Assembly: GCA_004764695.1 (NCBI GenBank)
Contig: SMSO01000034.1
Coordinates: 3,472,001 to 3,536,000, forward strand
Length of the DNA: 64,000 nt
Direction of reading: 5' to 3'
From: Schizochytrium sp. TIO01
Taxonomy: Eukaryota; Protista; Bigyra: Labyrinthulomycetes
The notes under the pieces are model-generated. The model was given only the letters and a program-made list of their open reading frames with translations. It was not told where the DNA came from and searched no databases. The translations under genes were made by a program, and so were the position numbers. Shown one piece after another: positions 48,994-62,300 of this stretch (positions are counted from its first letter, which is position 1; the number at the start of each line of letters is the position of its first letter).

Positions 48994-51015
48994 ACTAGAT
49001 TTGAAGGACTAGATTTGAAGGACTTAGACGGCATGCAGACGCGAAGAACGCAATGGAGATGAGCGCTTCGATGGATTGACTCGATGCGACTGCACTTGGA
49101 TGGAGGAAACTGCTCTTCGTTCGGGCAGCGGGCGAGGGTAGAAGTACCTACGTACCTGGTTGGACGAAGTCTCGCAGCGTCTTGTCGGCACGAAGCAGAC
49201 ACGGAGACCTTATCAGGACAGCTTGAACGCAGCGAAAACGAAGGAAGATTTAATCTGCTCGGTTGTAATTCGAAGATCAACTGCACCAAAGAAGGTCTGG
49301 GGAGGGATTTCGCTCGGCTGTTCAGACGCTGCGTCTCGCCGCCTTACTCTATCGTACCCGTACCCCAACTTGTGGTTCTCTCCAGAAAAGAACCTTTGCA
49401 GCCGCTGCCAGCAGCGAAATTCAAAGCAGATGGTTCGCTTTGTTGAAGCCTGAAGAGTCCGAGGCTCCGAAGTAATGCTCGATTGAGCTCAAACAATTCG
49501 GCCTCACTCGTTGCAATCTTGCGGCAGATACGCGCTCTGCGAACCTCCTCTGCGACACTTGTAAGTCAACGCGTGATCTACTCGCAAAAAAAGCGACGTG
49601 CAAGATTATCAACATCACATCGAGAATGCCATGGTTCACCCGCATGCTTGGCCTCCAAATTCCTGCACATGGCACTTCTCAAAGCTGATGGAAGTGCTCC
49701 TTCTGCCAGGCAGACAGGAGCTCGGCGTAATTCCCATGTCGTGGTCTTCAGAAGTCGCGCACGAAGCTACAATTTGCGAGCACTCCTTCCAAGGGCGCCA
49801 CTCCTCTCGCAAATGGTTTGGACTCGTTCACTGCATCTTGAACTTTGCTCCTCCATGACTCGGTCCGCGGCTTGTTCTTCAGAGCGAAGCGGCGGGCGAC
49901 CTCTGATGACAACAGCCGCGAGACACGCGGCATATCGCAGAAGAGCATCTCAGCTCGACGCAGCAGAAGCTCGAGCCCGGCCTGAAGACTGGATTTCGAA
50001 GAGGCCTTTGACAGGCAGGCAGGCAGCTCAGCTCGCCTTGCTTTAGAAAACCCAAGCCAGCAAACTACTCGAGGCCGGCTTGTTTACCATACGCTTGGGG
50101 TAGTAAGCTAAGCATCCTCGTGGGGCGAAGGACTCTAACGGCCCCAAACCAAGGTTCAAGCGCAGCCGACTTCAGGCGTGCCGCCCAAAGGTAGCGTGGA
50201 GCCCTCGAGTTCGCAAGATAAATAAACCCTTGCAAATTAGCGCTCCTTTTCTGCTCTGCTCTGCTCTACTCTGCTCTGCTCTGCGCATACATCACATCAC
50301 AAGAGCCGCCGAAAGATAGTGCCAGCGAGGAAGGTCTCCAGCATGTACGTATCTAATCCAAGTGCCGGCCAAATTTGCTATCTTGCCTGCTTGCTTGCTT
50401 GCGTTGCGTTGCGTTGCGTTGCGTGTCCACCCGTTCAAGCGCGTGGAAATGATGCGGTCAACGTTTTGGACGCTAAAGCGCGCCAGAGAGGATTCGCAGA
50501 GTATGATTCCCGCTCAAACAATTGTCAACTTCGGTGCGGCAGATAGAAATAAATACACGAACCGCCATCCGTCTGAAGACAGTGAGAGAGTACATTTGGG
50601 GCTCTCCAAACTAACTCACTAACTCACTGACTAACTCCGTCATAGATTGATTCTCCTCCACTCGGCACGGATTTAATTTAGAAGCGGTTGAGTGTTCTCT
50701 GGTCCATGGCGCATTCATTGCCTAATTCACGGACCAAAGCTGATTGGTGGAAAGGAATGGTGGATGCGAAGAACCCTCCTTTTCCTTTCCATTCCTTTCC
50801 TTTCCTTTCCTTTCCTTTCCTTTCCTTGCCTTTCCTTTCGCTTCGCCTTCGCAGAATTACACGGGCGGGAAGTAAGCCACTCGATGGCGCCGGTCTCTCA
50901 AAGGGAAGGAGGCCAACCATGCCTTTGTAGGATGCAGCTTCTGCAGCAAACTCAGCTTTTTGCCACTCGTGCATAAATTAGAGCTCGAGCTGCGAAATTG
51001 CAATATATTTTCGTG

Positions 51016-51050
<35 letters not shown>

Positions 51051-53298
51051 AAGAAGAAAAGTATTTTCATTGCGACTTAAATTCCGTTTTCCAGAAGAGG
51101 GAAAATATCTTGAACATCTTTTCATCTTTATTTAAATTTTAAAAAAGGAAATAATAAATAAATTTAAATAACTTTTTTTAAAAAAGTAAAAATAATATTG
51201 GTATCAGCTAGAGAAGAAAAAAAGTAAAGGAAGCGCGAAGGGATCTCGCATATTGCGCAGCGTACCACAGTTCGTCATAAAGACCTGGTGCTAAAAAGTC
51301 CTTGATCATGTAAAAATGAAACTCTACTCTTTTCAAGACCCCTACGATGAAAGATATCTTTCAATCTTTCATACCCATGCAAACAAATCTCCACCCATTC
51401 GGGCCAACGCCTCAAAAGCTTCAGTCCAGTTCACGCACTCGTCGCATAGGTACGCTTCACAGACGATTTAAAAGATGCATGAGGGCGTACAGACAACCAA
51501 CTCTAAGTCCCTCCGCTTGGCAACTTGAATTCCTGGGCTTCATCTCCACTGCTAGACTTACCAAGTATGAGTGAACTCTGAAAATGTAGTGGACTTCTTT
51601 TTACTATTTTTATTATTTATCATCGCCAACTGAAAGGGTTTCCTCCTCAGCTACCTCAAAAATATAGAGGGACAACACATGTCATGTGTTTCTTGAAATT
51701 TAAAGTAAACAATTATATTCACTTATTTCTTTATTATATTGAGAAAAGGTGAAATTTGAAGAAAAGGAGGGGAATGGTGCGTCTATAGTATTTGCGCATA
51801 GTTCAGACGAGAAAATGCTTTATTTGCGATGAAACGCAATGAGGACGATCGATGATTGCCTTTTCTCGCTTTCCCTCTTCCTCAAGCTAATGGCTGCGGG
51901 GCACTTGACTCAGCCAGTCCCTGAGCGGTTGCCGTTCCTGCCGTATATAACTCCATGAATCGATATGCTTAGAAGTACCTGAGTTGTTTACCTCCAACCA
52001 AGAACAAACTCAGCATCCATCAATATTGGCCGCTTAAAACGCAGCCTTTGAGAATATGCTAAATATACCATCGACAATTTTGTTGATGCTTTTTATTATT
52101 ATTTCTTTATTTATTTAAAAAAAAAATGATTTAAACTAAACTTTTTATTTCAAGAAAAAAAGTTATAAATATGAAGCAAAACACAAAGGAAAGCCGAGTT
52201 GAAAAGAATGGTGGAAATGAGGTATAAGACGAGAAGAGCCAAAAACAGATCATCGAAAAATGCTTCCTCAGCTTACAGCAGTCGAGAAGCGGCAACGGGC
52301 CTAGCTGCGTGCCTGCCTCTTTGTAGCCTCCCTCAGTAAATACAGATGTCTCGCTGACTGGCTGACTGGCTATTGATGAGCTGAGGAAGTGTTCCACTAA
52401 GGTGCTTTCGAAAGATTCATTCATTCATTCATTCATTCACTCATGAAATTAACATCGCTTAAATAATCATCGTTCAATTTCATTGGTTCCTTCGGGCGGC
52501 TGGCTATAGCTCAGCGGGTCAGCGGGAATCTCTTCATTTACTTTAATCCATTCATTCATTCTTTCATTCATTCATTCTTTCTTTTTCGTTTTCTTTTGTT
52601 TCGTTGTCTCGTTTTCTTGGTACTCGACCTTCTCAGTCTGTTGGTATTGGATTGAAAGTGAATGGGTTTACTCCGAGAGCCTTCCTTTTCTCACACAAGT
52701 AACTTATGACAACTTTCCTTACTCTCTCTTTTCCCTTTCTTTCCATTCGAAGTGTCTCGCTTTTAAAAGTTCGGGTCTCTTTGCTTGGTAGTTAGTGCTA
52801 TCTGCCTGCCTACCCACAAAAATTAAATTATAATGATTAAACAAATAAATAATAAATAATAAAGCTCACTCCTTCTTCTTCTTCTCTTTCTTTCCGCTGA
52901 TCGAATTGGGGCGCCATCATTCACTCCATTGATGCGGAGTTTATTCTTTCTGCCGCAAAGGCGAAGCTTTCAAGGCGCTTCGAAGCAGCGTATTGTGCGA
53001 AACCAACCTCTCTCTCCAGCTCAGGCTGCCTACGGACAACTATGCAGTACATTCGCCAGAGCAAAACAAAAGTAAAACAAAAGCAAACAAACAAGAGCGG
53101 TCTAAGGACACGTGGCCCAAAGCCGAGTGAGTCGATGCAGAGAGAGAGAGAGAGAGAGAGAGAAAGCTTCCTCTGAAATGCCTTTGAACAAAATACTTCT
53201 TCTTTATCGTTGACATCATACTAATCCCAAAAAAAACAGGAAGAAAGGAAGGAAACTAGAAAGAACAAAACAAGATGATCTTCCTTTCTTTCTTTCTG

Positions 53299-53370
<72 letters not shown>

Positions 53371-56099
53371 TCCTTCTTTCTTTCGATTCATTCATTCATC
53401 TCTCTTTGCCAAAGAGGCCTTACAAAGAAACAGCCAACGTCACCTCCGCATCATCGTCGATCGACCTGATTAAATAGAAGAAAGAACGGCAAGCACAGCA
53501 GCGGCGGCCCCTGCGGCCTCTGCTGTCGTGGACTCTCGCGTTCGCGAGGAGGCCCGCGTCCGCAGTACATCTATCTCCTACGGCGCGCGACCGCTGCGAT
53601 AGATCGCGTTGAAGATTCTCGCTTCTGCCGGCGTAAGAAAGTGGCCGAGATAACGAGGGAGCGGAGAAGTTAGAGAAGGAGTCACGGCATTGAAAAGATG
53701 GCCAAAGATCCCTCGCAAAGAGAACAGCGATTCACAGACGGCTTAAAAGGAAGACGGCGGCTGCGAAGAGAGCGGTATGGATTCAAGTTGACGGAGGATT
53801 GATCACAGGGTTATGCACGGATGGCTTGCATCTTCCTACTGCTGTGCTCCTTTCATGCTGGTTGGGGCAATCGAACAGAAAAGCGAAGAAGAAAGCATGA
53901 ACGGAGGAATTTTTAATTTTGATGAATAAACAAATAAATAAATAAATGAATAACTAGAATTAAAAAATGTTTTAAAGGAATGAGCTATCTCGTGAAACCA
54001 TCTCCAAGTTCGCTTTTCCTCGGGCTCCGGCAAATGGTGGAAATGAAGGGGAAAGCAACTAACTAGCTAGGAGACCGCGCTCGCAAAAGCGCCGTGATCA
54101 GATGGGCAGTTTCTGGCAGGCTGCGGCTATTTTGGTCTGCTGCATTTTGCGGTGATGGTATCATGCATCAGATGCGTCGAGCAGAAAGAAAGCATCGCTT
54201 TCAAGAATCCTTGAGGTTTTAAAAAGTTTTAGTAAAATCTTTATCGCGTGAAACATTTTGGAATTGAAAAAATAAACGAAAGCAGCCTTTGAAAGAGCTC
54301 ATCGATGCGCGAGGTCATATGCTCAGCGTGACTTTGAGACCTGAAAAGAGCGAGATCATACTTAGGTCTTCAGTTATTCCTTACTCACCCTTCTTATTTC
54401 AAAGTACTAGCTTCCAGCAAAGAGGGAAGGAACGCAAAGCAAAACAAGGACTTTTAAACAAACTCCACAGACTTAACAGCTCTGGCTGCCTCTCATCGCC
54501 CATTCTCAATTGAAGAGATCGAACGCCAGTTAGTAACTAACTAACTAACTACAACTTCTTCATAGCGAATAGCTAGGTAGCTAAATGGATAGATAGACAG
54601 AGATAGATAGCCATATGCTGCATGCTGTGCTATGCTATGCTACCTCGGTACTTGCGAAGTAGCTGAGAGAGTGCTCCTTCCAGGGCCTCTTCGTCCTTTA
54701 AGCAACTCCTCGGCTGTGCCTGACTTGGAAAATGGAGAGTCTCGAATTGGTGCTCTCTCTTCTTTTTTTCGTTTTCTTTTTCTTTCGTTTTCTCGCGGCC
54801 TCTTAATCAGTCCTTCGATAGTTAGAATGGCTCTAATCGATGCGTCTTTGTGAGGCGATATTTGCTAGAGCGGTGCTCTGTTGCCCCAAAGCACCCCTTC
54901 GTGGATAAACCATTCATTCATTCATTCATTTATTCATCCATTCATTCATGTTCAAAGGACTGAGATTCTCATGGTTGCGTCTCTTTACTCGACGGATTTG
55001 CCGTCTGCAAAGTCCCTTGAAGCTGTCATGAGGAAAACAACAAAGGCAACTTATTAGGCGTTTAAGAATGCTTGAAGATAAAATATGCGTATGGCCGCGA
55101 CAAAATGAGAAAGCCACTGCGCATAAAGGAAAGCATGCATTTCCGAAGAATCGACGCAGAGAATAAGCCTCCTTCTATCTCGCATGTTCAATCCCAGTCA
55201 CACACTACACTGGTATCATTTTTTATTTTTTATTTTCAAGAAAGGTGGAGTTTCACTTTCAATAAATAATCGATTGAATCAGTTCTCTGCAATGTCTCCA
55301 AATTGATAAAATCTTTATTGTTGGATCTCTTTTATTTGAAAAGAAGAAAAGAAGGGAATCCAGAAAGGAGAGAAAGGGGCGAAAGGAAATTTGCTGTTCA
55401 GACTATGATTCGAGAAACAAGAATACGATGCAAGTTCAATCTGTTTATGATTCGAGTTAAGAACCTATCGCAAACCCCAACTCCATTGCTTGATAATAAT
55501 CGCTCAGCATAGCCTCTATGGTCATGTTTCGCCATCGCGCAGCTCCTATCAAGATCTTTAAGCTCGCTGAGATGAGTTTGCAAAAATATTTCTGCAATTC
55601 CTCATACTCGCGCAATCTCGCGAGTTTGGAGCACTTTTTTCCGAAGCAGGGGAGAGAAGCATTTGATCATTATTTTGTAGTTGTATCGTTATTCATCTTG
55701 CTCTCAATTTCCGAGACAAATCTTGGCTATCAAAGCGTGCTTCTGACCTTTCTTATTCCTTTAAAATAAAATAAACTGCAAAATGTATTATATAATTTAT
55801 TTTTAACATTTGAAAATAAAGAAAAAAATGTTAATGTCTTCTTCCTTTAAAAAATATAAGTTTGAATTGATTTGATTTTCTTTGTTTTCATAAGAGTCCC
55901 TCATGAAAACTTCTTGTTTTCATTACAGTATGTGGAATAAACTTTTCTTGATTGATCAAGAGCCTTTGACTTCTTCAAGTTGCACCTTGGAAGTTTTCGG
56001 GTCTGTGAGAAACAAAGTAGATAGACATGACGGACGGCTCACAAAGAGAAACTTGGGTTATTTCTTTCTTTCGCCAGGAACTCATCAGATTAACACCTA

Positions 56100-56158
56100 G
56101 TTTATCGATTTATTTAGAAATTAATATTTCTGATAAAATATATAAATTTATTTAATAT

Positions 56159-56209
<51 letters not shown>
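56100..56209 (+). promoter_or_regulatory. AT-rich segment and A47 tract about 180 bp upstream of the giant VWA gene; likely nucleosome-depleted proximal promoter
   Basis: Poly(A) at 56163-56209, preceded by TATA-like ataaaatatataaa. The function is inferred from general poly(dA:dT) behaviour. Confidence 0.4.
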
Positions 56210-56214
<5 letters not shown>

Positions 56215-56389
56215 CACAAAGGTTTGAAAAGAAAAAGCCAAGACAAGCCTAGGCAAGAGCAGAGTGCCATTCATGTATGCTGCAGGAGGAATTTCAAACT
56301 AAGTGCCCAATTTCAACCAGGGGCACGGCAAACCCCAAACTCGATCTTCGGAGGTCGCCTGCCTGTGCGCAGCCTTCGACATCGTAACA

Positions 56390-59300
56390 ATGCTCAAGAA
56401 CTGGGCCGTGGCCGTGGCCACTCTGCTCTGTGCCGTCAACTCGGCTGCCGCTGTGACCACATGCATCTTCGATGTGGTCCTCGTCTTTGACATTTCCGGC
56501 AACTCGAGCTACATTGAGGCCCAGCAAGAGAGCGCCATCAATGCTCTCCCGTACTTCAACATTGGTACTGCTAACAGCAAGGATCATTTTGGTGCCATGT
56601 GCCTTGACGATCAGGTCTCGGTCCAGCGCGACCTTGCCAACTTTACTAGCAATGATGACACCAAGAACTACATTCATTATGATGTAGTTGCTTCTACCTC
56701 AAACGAGACCAACCTGTTTCTCGGCCTTACACACGCTAAAGAGATGATGGTCAATGCCCGCGACTACGCTACCAAGCTTATTATTGTCTTCAGTGATGGC
56801 AACAACAACATTGAGAACGTCAACAAAACTACCGTGTACCAATACTGCGATGGAATGACAAACAAGAAGAAAACTGCCGATGGCTACGAAATTTCTTGTC
56901 TTGCCGGTATTGTAGAGGATGCCATCGACAATATGGATGTTAACGTGCTTTACTCGCCGATCATGAACAGTTCCGGTGATGTCTTTCAGACCAGCCCGCT
57001 CTCCAACTATGTTATGGAGCTTGAACCTTACCTGGAGGCAATCGTTCGTAGTGATAACTGTTCTAGCATCACAGGTGGCAACACGACCATTGTTACAGGC
57101 GCTCCCTCTTCTGGTGGTCTTGACGGCGGCAGCCCAACCGCTAGCGGCAGCTCTTCAACACCCAAGCCCACGTCCAAGCCTACTCTTAACGGTGGTTCTG
57201 ACACCGGCAACGAGAACGGCAGCACCAGCAAACCTACTGCCAAGCCGACCTCCAAGCCTTCCACTGGATCTTCCACTGGCAACGAGAACGGCAGCACCAG
57301 CAAACCTACTGCCAAGCCGACCTCCAAGCCTTCCTCTGGATCTTCCACCGGCAGCACCAGCAAGCCCACTGCTAAGCCTACCTCTAAACCTTCCACTGGA
57401 TCCTCCACTGGCAACGAGAACGGCAGCACAAGCAAACCTACTGCCAAGCCTACCGCCAAGCCTTCCTCTGGATCTTCCACTGGCAGCACCAGCAAGCCCA
57501 CTTCTAAGCCGACTTCCAAGCCTACATCTGAGAACAGTGTGACCCCATCTCCTACCACCAAGCCCGAGACTGGCAATGGTGAAGGCACCACTGATGCCCC
57601 AACCTCGAAGCCTACCAAGAAGCCCAGCTCTGGATCCGGATCTTCTACTAGCGCACCTACCTCTAAGCCCACCAAGAAGCCCACTTCTGGTTCTGGCTGC
57701 ACAGGCTCTGACTGCGGCTCCAGCCCTACTGCTGAGCCCACCTCCGAGCCTACTGCTCAGCCTACTTCCAATGGTGGTGTTCAGACCTCAACTAGCGCGC
57801 CCACCTCTAAGCCCACCAAGTTGCCCACTTCTGGATCTTCTACCGGTGCGCCTACCTCTAAGCCCACCAAGAAGCCCACTTCTGGTTCTGGCTGCACAGG
57901 CTCTGACTGTGGTTCCAGCCCTACCGCCGCACCGACTGCCGAGCCTACTGCTCAGCCTACTTCCAATGGTGGTGTCCAGACCTCTACTAGCGCGCCCACC
58001 TCTAAGCCCACCAAGTTGCCCACTTCTGGATCTTCTACCGGTGCGCCTACATCTAAGCCCACCAAGAAGCCCACTTCTGGTTCTGGCTGCACAGGCTCTG
58101 ACTGTGGTTCAAGCTCTACTGGTGCCCCCACTTCTAAGCCGACCAAGCTGCCCACTGCTGGATCGTCCACTTCTGCCCCGACCTCCAAGCCGACCAAGAA
58201 GCCCACTTCTGGTTCTGGATGCACTGGATCTGACTGTGGTTCCAGCCCTACTGCTGCACCGACTGCCGAGCCCACTTCTGGTTCTGGATGCACCGGATCT
58301 GACTGTGGTTCCAGCCCTACATCTGCTCCGACCATATCTGGTACTGTAGAGACTTCCACTGGTGCACCTACCTCCAAGCCTACCTCTGGTTCTGGATGCA
58401 CTGGTTCTGACTGTGGTTCCAGCTCTACCTCTGCCCCGACCTCCAAGCCGACCAAGAAGCCTACTTCAGGTTCTGGATGCACCGGATCTGACTGTGGCTC
58501 CAGCTCTACCTCTGCCCCGACCTCTAAGCCAACCAAGCTGCCCACTGCTGGATCGTCCACTTCTGCCCCGACCTCCAAGCCGACCAAGAAGCCCACTTCT
58601 GGTTCTGGATGCACTGGATCTGACTGTGGTTCCAGCCCTACTGCTGCACCGACTGCCGAGCCCACTTCTGGTTCTGGATGCACCGGATCTGACTGTGGCT
58701 CCAGCCCTACCTCTGCTCCGACCACATCTGGTACTGTAGAGACTTCCACTGATGCACCTACCTCCAAGCCTACCTCTGGTTCTGGATGCACTGGTTCTGA
58801 CTGTGGTTCCAGCCCTACTGCTGCACCGACTGCCGAGCCCACTTCTGGTTCTGGATGCACCGGATCTGACTGTGGCTCCAGCCCTACTGCCGCACCAACT
58901 GTGACTGCTCCTCCGAGCCAGGGAGGCGAGAGCTCTGGCAATACCGATGCCCCCACTGCTCAGCCTACCTCTGGTTCTGGATCTTCTACTTCTGCCCCTA
59001 CTTCTAAGCCAACCAAGAAGCCTACTTCTGGTTCTGGATGCACCGGATCTGACTGTGGTTCAAGCTCTACTGGTGCCCCCACTTCTAAGCCGACCAAGCT
59101 GCCCACTGCTGGATCGTCCACTTCTGCCCCGACCTCCAAGCCGACCAAGAAGCCCACTTCTGGTTCTGGATGCACCGGATCTGACTGTGGTTCTGGTCCG
59201 ACTGCCGCACCAACTGTGACTGCTCCTCCGAGCTCGGGAGGCGAGAGCTCTGGCAATACCGATGCCCCCACTGCTCAGCCTACCTCTGGTTCTGGATCCT

Positions 59301-62300
59301 CTACTTCTGCCCCTACTTCTAAGCCGACCAAGAAGCCTACTTCTGGTTCTGGATGCACCGGATCTGACTGTGGTTCAAGCTCTACTGGTGCCCCCACTTC
59401 TAAGCCGACCAAGCTGCCCACTGCTGGATCGTCCACTTCTGCCCCGACCTCCAAGCCGACCAAGAAGCCCACTTCTGGTTCTGGATGCACTGGATCTGAC
59501 TGTGGTTCCAGCCCTACTGCTGCACCGACTGCCGAGCCCACTTCTGGTTCTGGATGCACCGGGTCTGACTGTGGCTCCAGCCCTACCTCTGCCCCGACCA
59601 CATCTGGTACTGTAGAGACTTCCACTGGTGCACCTACCTCCAAGCCTACCTCTGGTTCTGGATGCACTGGTTCTGACTGTGGTTCCAGCTCTACCTCTGC
59701 CCCGACCTCCAAGCCGACCAAGAAGCCTACTTCTGGTTCTGGATGCACCGGATCTGACTGTGGCTCCAGCTCTACCTCTGCCCCGACCTCTAAGCCAACC
59801 AAGCTGCCCACTGCTGGATCGTCCACTTCTGCCCCGACCTCCAAGCCGACCAAGAAGCCCACTTCTGGTTCTGGATGCACTGGATCTGACTGTGGTTCCA
59901 GCCCTACCGCCGCCCCGACTGCTGAGCCCACTTCTGGTTCTGGATGCACCGGATCTGACTGTGGTTCCAGCCCTACTGCCGCACCAACTGTGACTGCTCC
60001 TCCGAGCTCGGGAGGCGAGAGCTCTGGCAATACCGATGCCCCCACTGCTCAGCCTACCTCTGGTTCTGGATCTTCTACTTCTGCCCCTACTTCTAAGCCA
60101 ACCAAGAAGCCTACTTCTGGTTCTGGATGCACCGGATCTGACTGTGGTTCAAGCTCTACTGGTGCCCCCACTTCTAAGCCGACCAAGCTGCCCACTGCTG
60201 GATCGTCCACTTCTGCCCCGACCTCCAAGCCGACCAAGAAGCCCACTTCTGGTTCTGGATGCACCGGATCTGACTGTGGTTCTGGTCCGACTGCCGCACC
60301 AACTGTGACTGCTCCTCCGAGCTCGGGAGGCGAGAGCTCTGGCAATACCGATGCCCCCACCGCTCAGCCTACCTCTGGTTCTGGATCCTCTACTTCTGCC
60401 CCTACTTCTAAGCCGACCAAGAAGCCTACCTCTGGTTCTGGATCCTCTACTTCTGCCCCTACTTCTAAGCCGACCAAGAAGCCTACTTCTGGTTCTGGAT
60501 CCTCTACTTCTGCCCCGACCTCTAAGCCGACTGTCGAGCCTACTTCTGGTTCTGGATGCACCGGATCTGACTGTGGTTCTGGTCCGACTGCCGCACCGAC
60601 TGTGACTGCCCCTCCGAGCTCGGGAGGCGAGAGCTCTGGTAACACCGATGCTCCTACTGCTAAGCCGACCAAGAAGCCCTCTTCTGGTTCTGGATCTTCT
60701 ACTTCTGCCCCGACCTCTAAGCCGACCAAGAAGCCTACTTCTGGATCATCCACCTCTGCCCCGACCTCTAAGCCTACAAAGAAGCCCTCTTCCGATTCTG
60801 GTTGCACCGGATCTCACTGTGGTGGTGACAGCCCCACTGCTGCCCCGACTGTCAAGCCCACGACTTCTGGCACTGTAGAGACTAATACTGATGCGCCTAC
60901 CTCGAAGCCCACTAAGAAACCGAGCTCTGGTTCCGGATCTTCTACTTCTGCCCCGACCAAGAGTCCGACCAAGAAGCCCTCTTCCGGTTCTGAGAGCACC
61001 CCGGCACCTACACCGTTGCCCACTTCTAGTTGCTCTGGATCTGGCTGTGGATCTGGCTCTACTGCTTCCCCGACCTCGAAGCCCACCAAGAAGCCCACTT
61101 CTAATGGCAACTCCGAGAGTAATACCGATGCCCCCACCAAGAAGCCCACTAAACAGCCCACATCTGGTTCTTCTACTGATGCTCCTACTGCTAAGCCGAC
61201 CAAGAACCCTACTTCTAGTTCCGGTTCCAGCAGCGGATCTAGCAGCAGCAGCTCCTCTAGTTCTTCCTCGTCCTCATCTAGCAGCAGCAGCTCCTCCAGT
61301 TCTTCCTCGTCCTCATCTAGCAGCAGCAGCTCCTCCAGTTCTTCCTCGTCCTCATCTAGCAGCAGCAGCTCCTCCAGTTCAAGTGGCTCCTCTAGCAGCA
61401 GTGGATCTTCCTCCTCGTCTAGCAGCAGCTCCTCCAGTTCTTCTTCATCTAGCAGCAGCAGTTCCTCCAGTTCTTCCTCTTCCTCATCCAGCAGCTCAGG
61501 CTCCGGATCTGGTTCAAGCAGCGACACCGCAGCACCTACGAAGAAGCCCACTAGCAGCTCTAGCTCTTCCGAGGGTACCACCAGTGCCCCAACCTCCAAG
61601 CCAACCAAGAAGCCCACTTCCGCTTCTTCTGGTTCTGACAATGGCAGCACCGCCGCTCCCACCAAGAAGCCTACCTCTTCTAGTTCGGGATCTGGCTCTG
61701 GCAGCAGCACTAGTGCCCCGACCAAGAAGCCCACATCTGCTTCTTCGGGTTCTGACAACGGCAGCAGCACCAAGGCACCGACCGCCAAGCCCACCAAGAA
61801 GCCCACTAGCAGCTCTAGTTCTGGTTCCTCTGAAAGCAGCACCAGTGCTCCCACCAAGAAGCCCACTTCCGCTTCTTCGGGTTCTGACAACGGCAGCAGC
61901 ACCAGTGCTCCCACCAAGAAGCCTACCTCTTCTTCTTCTGGTTCTGACAATGGCAGCACTAGTGCTCCCACCAAGAAGCCTACCTCTTCTAGTTCGGGAT
62001 CTAGCTCTAGCTCCAGCAGCAGCTCTTCTAGCTCTAGCTCCAGTAGCAGCTCTTCCAGCTCCAGCAGCAGCTCTTCTAGCTCTAGCTCTTCTTCCGGATC
62101 TAGCTCTGGCTCCTCGTCTGGATCTAGCTCTAGTAGTTCGAGCTCCAGCTCTTCATCCTCTTCGTCATCCAGCTCCTCGTCTTCTTCGTCTAGCTCCAGC
62201 AGTTCGAGCTCCAGCTCTTCCTCTGGATCTAGCTCCAGCTCTGGCTCATCGCCTACCAAGGCCCCGACTAAGAAGCCCACCTCCAGTTCTAGCTCTGGAT

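Noticed and set aside
49084-50046. Cluster of overlapping 80-190-aa ORFs in an SSR-poor stretch, likewise 30679-31533
   Set aside because: No domain motifs and no codon bias like the real genes; expected in GC-richer non-coding DNA.
52500-52570. ggctatagctcag resembles a tRNA 5' end / A-box
   Set aside because: No anticodon arm, T-loop (GTTCRA) or acceptor stem follows.
56163-56209. A47 as a retroposon tail
   Set aside because: No target-site duplication or recognisable element body upstream.
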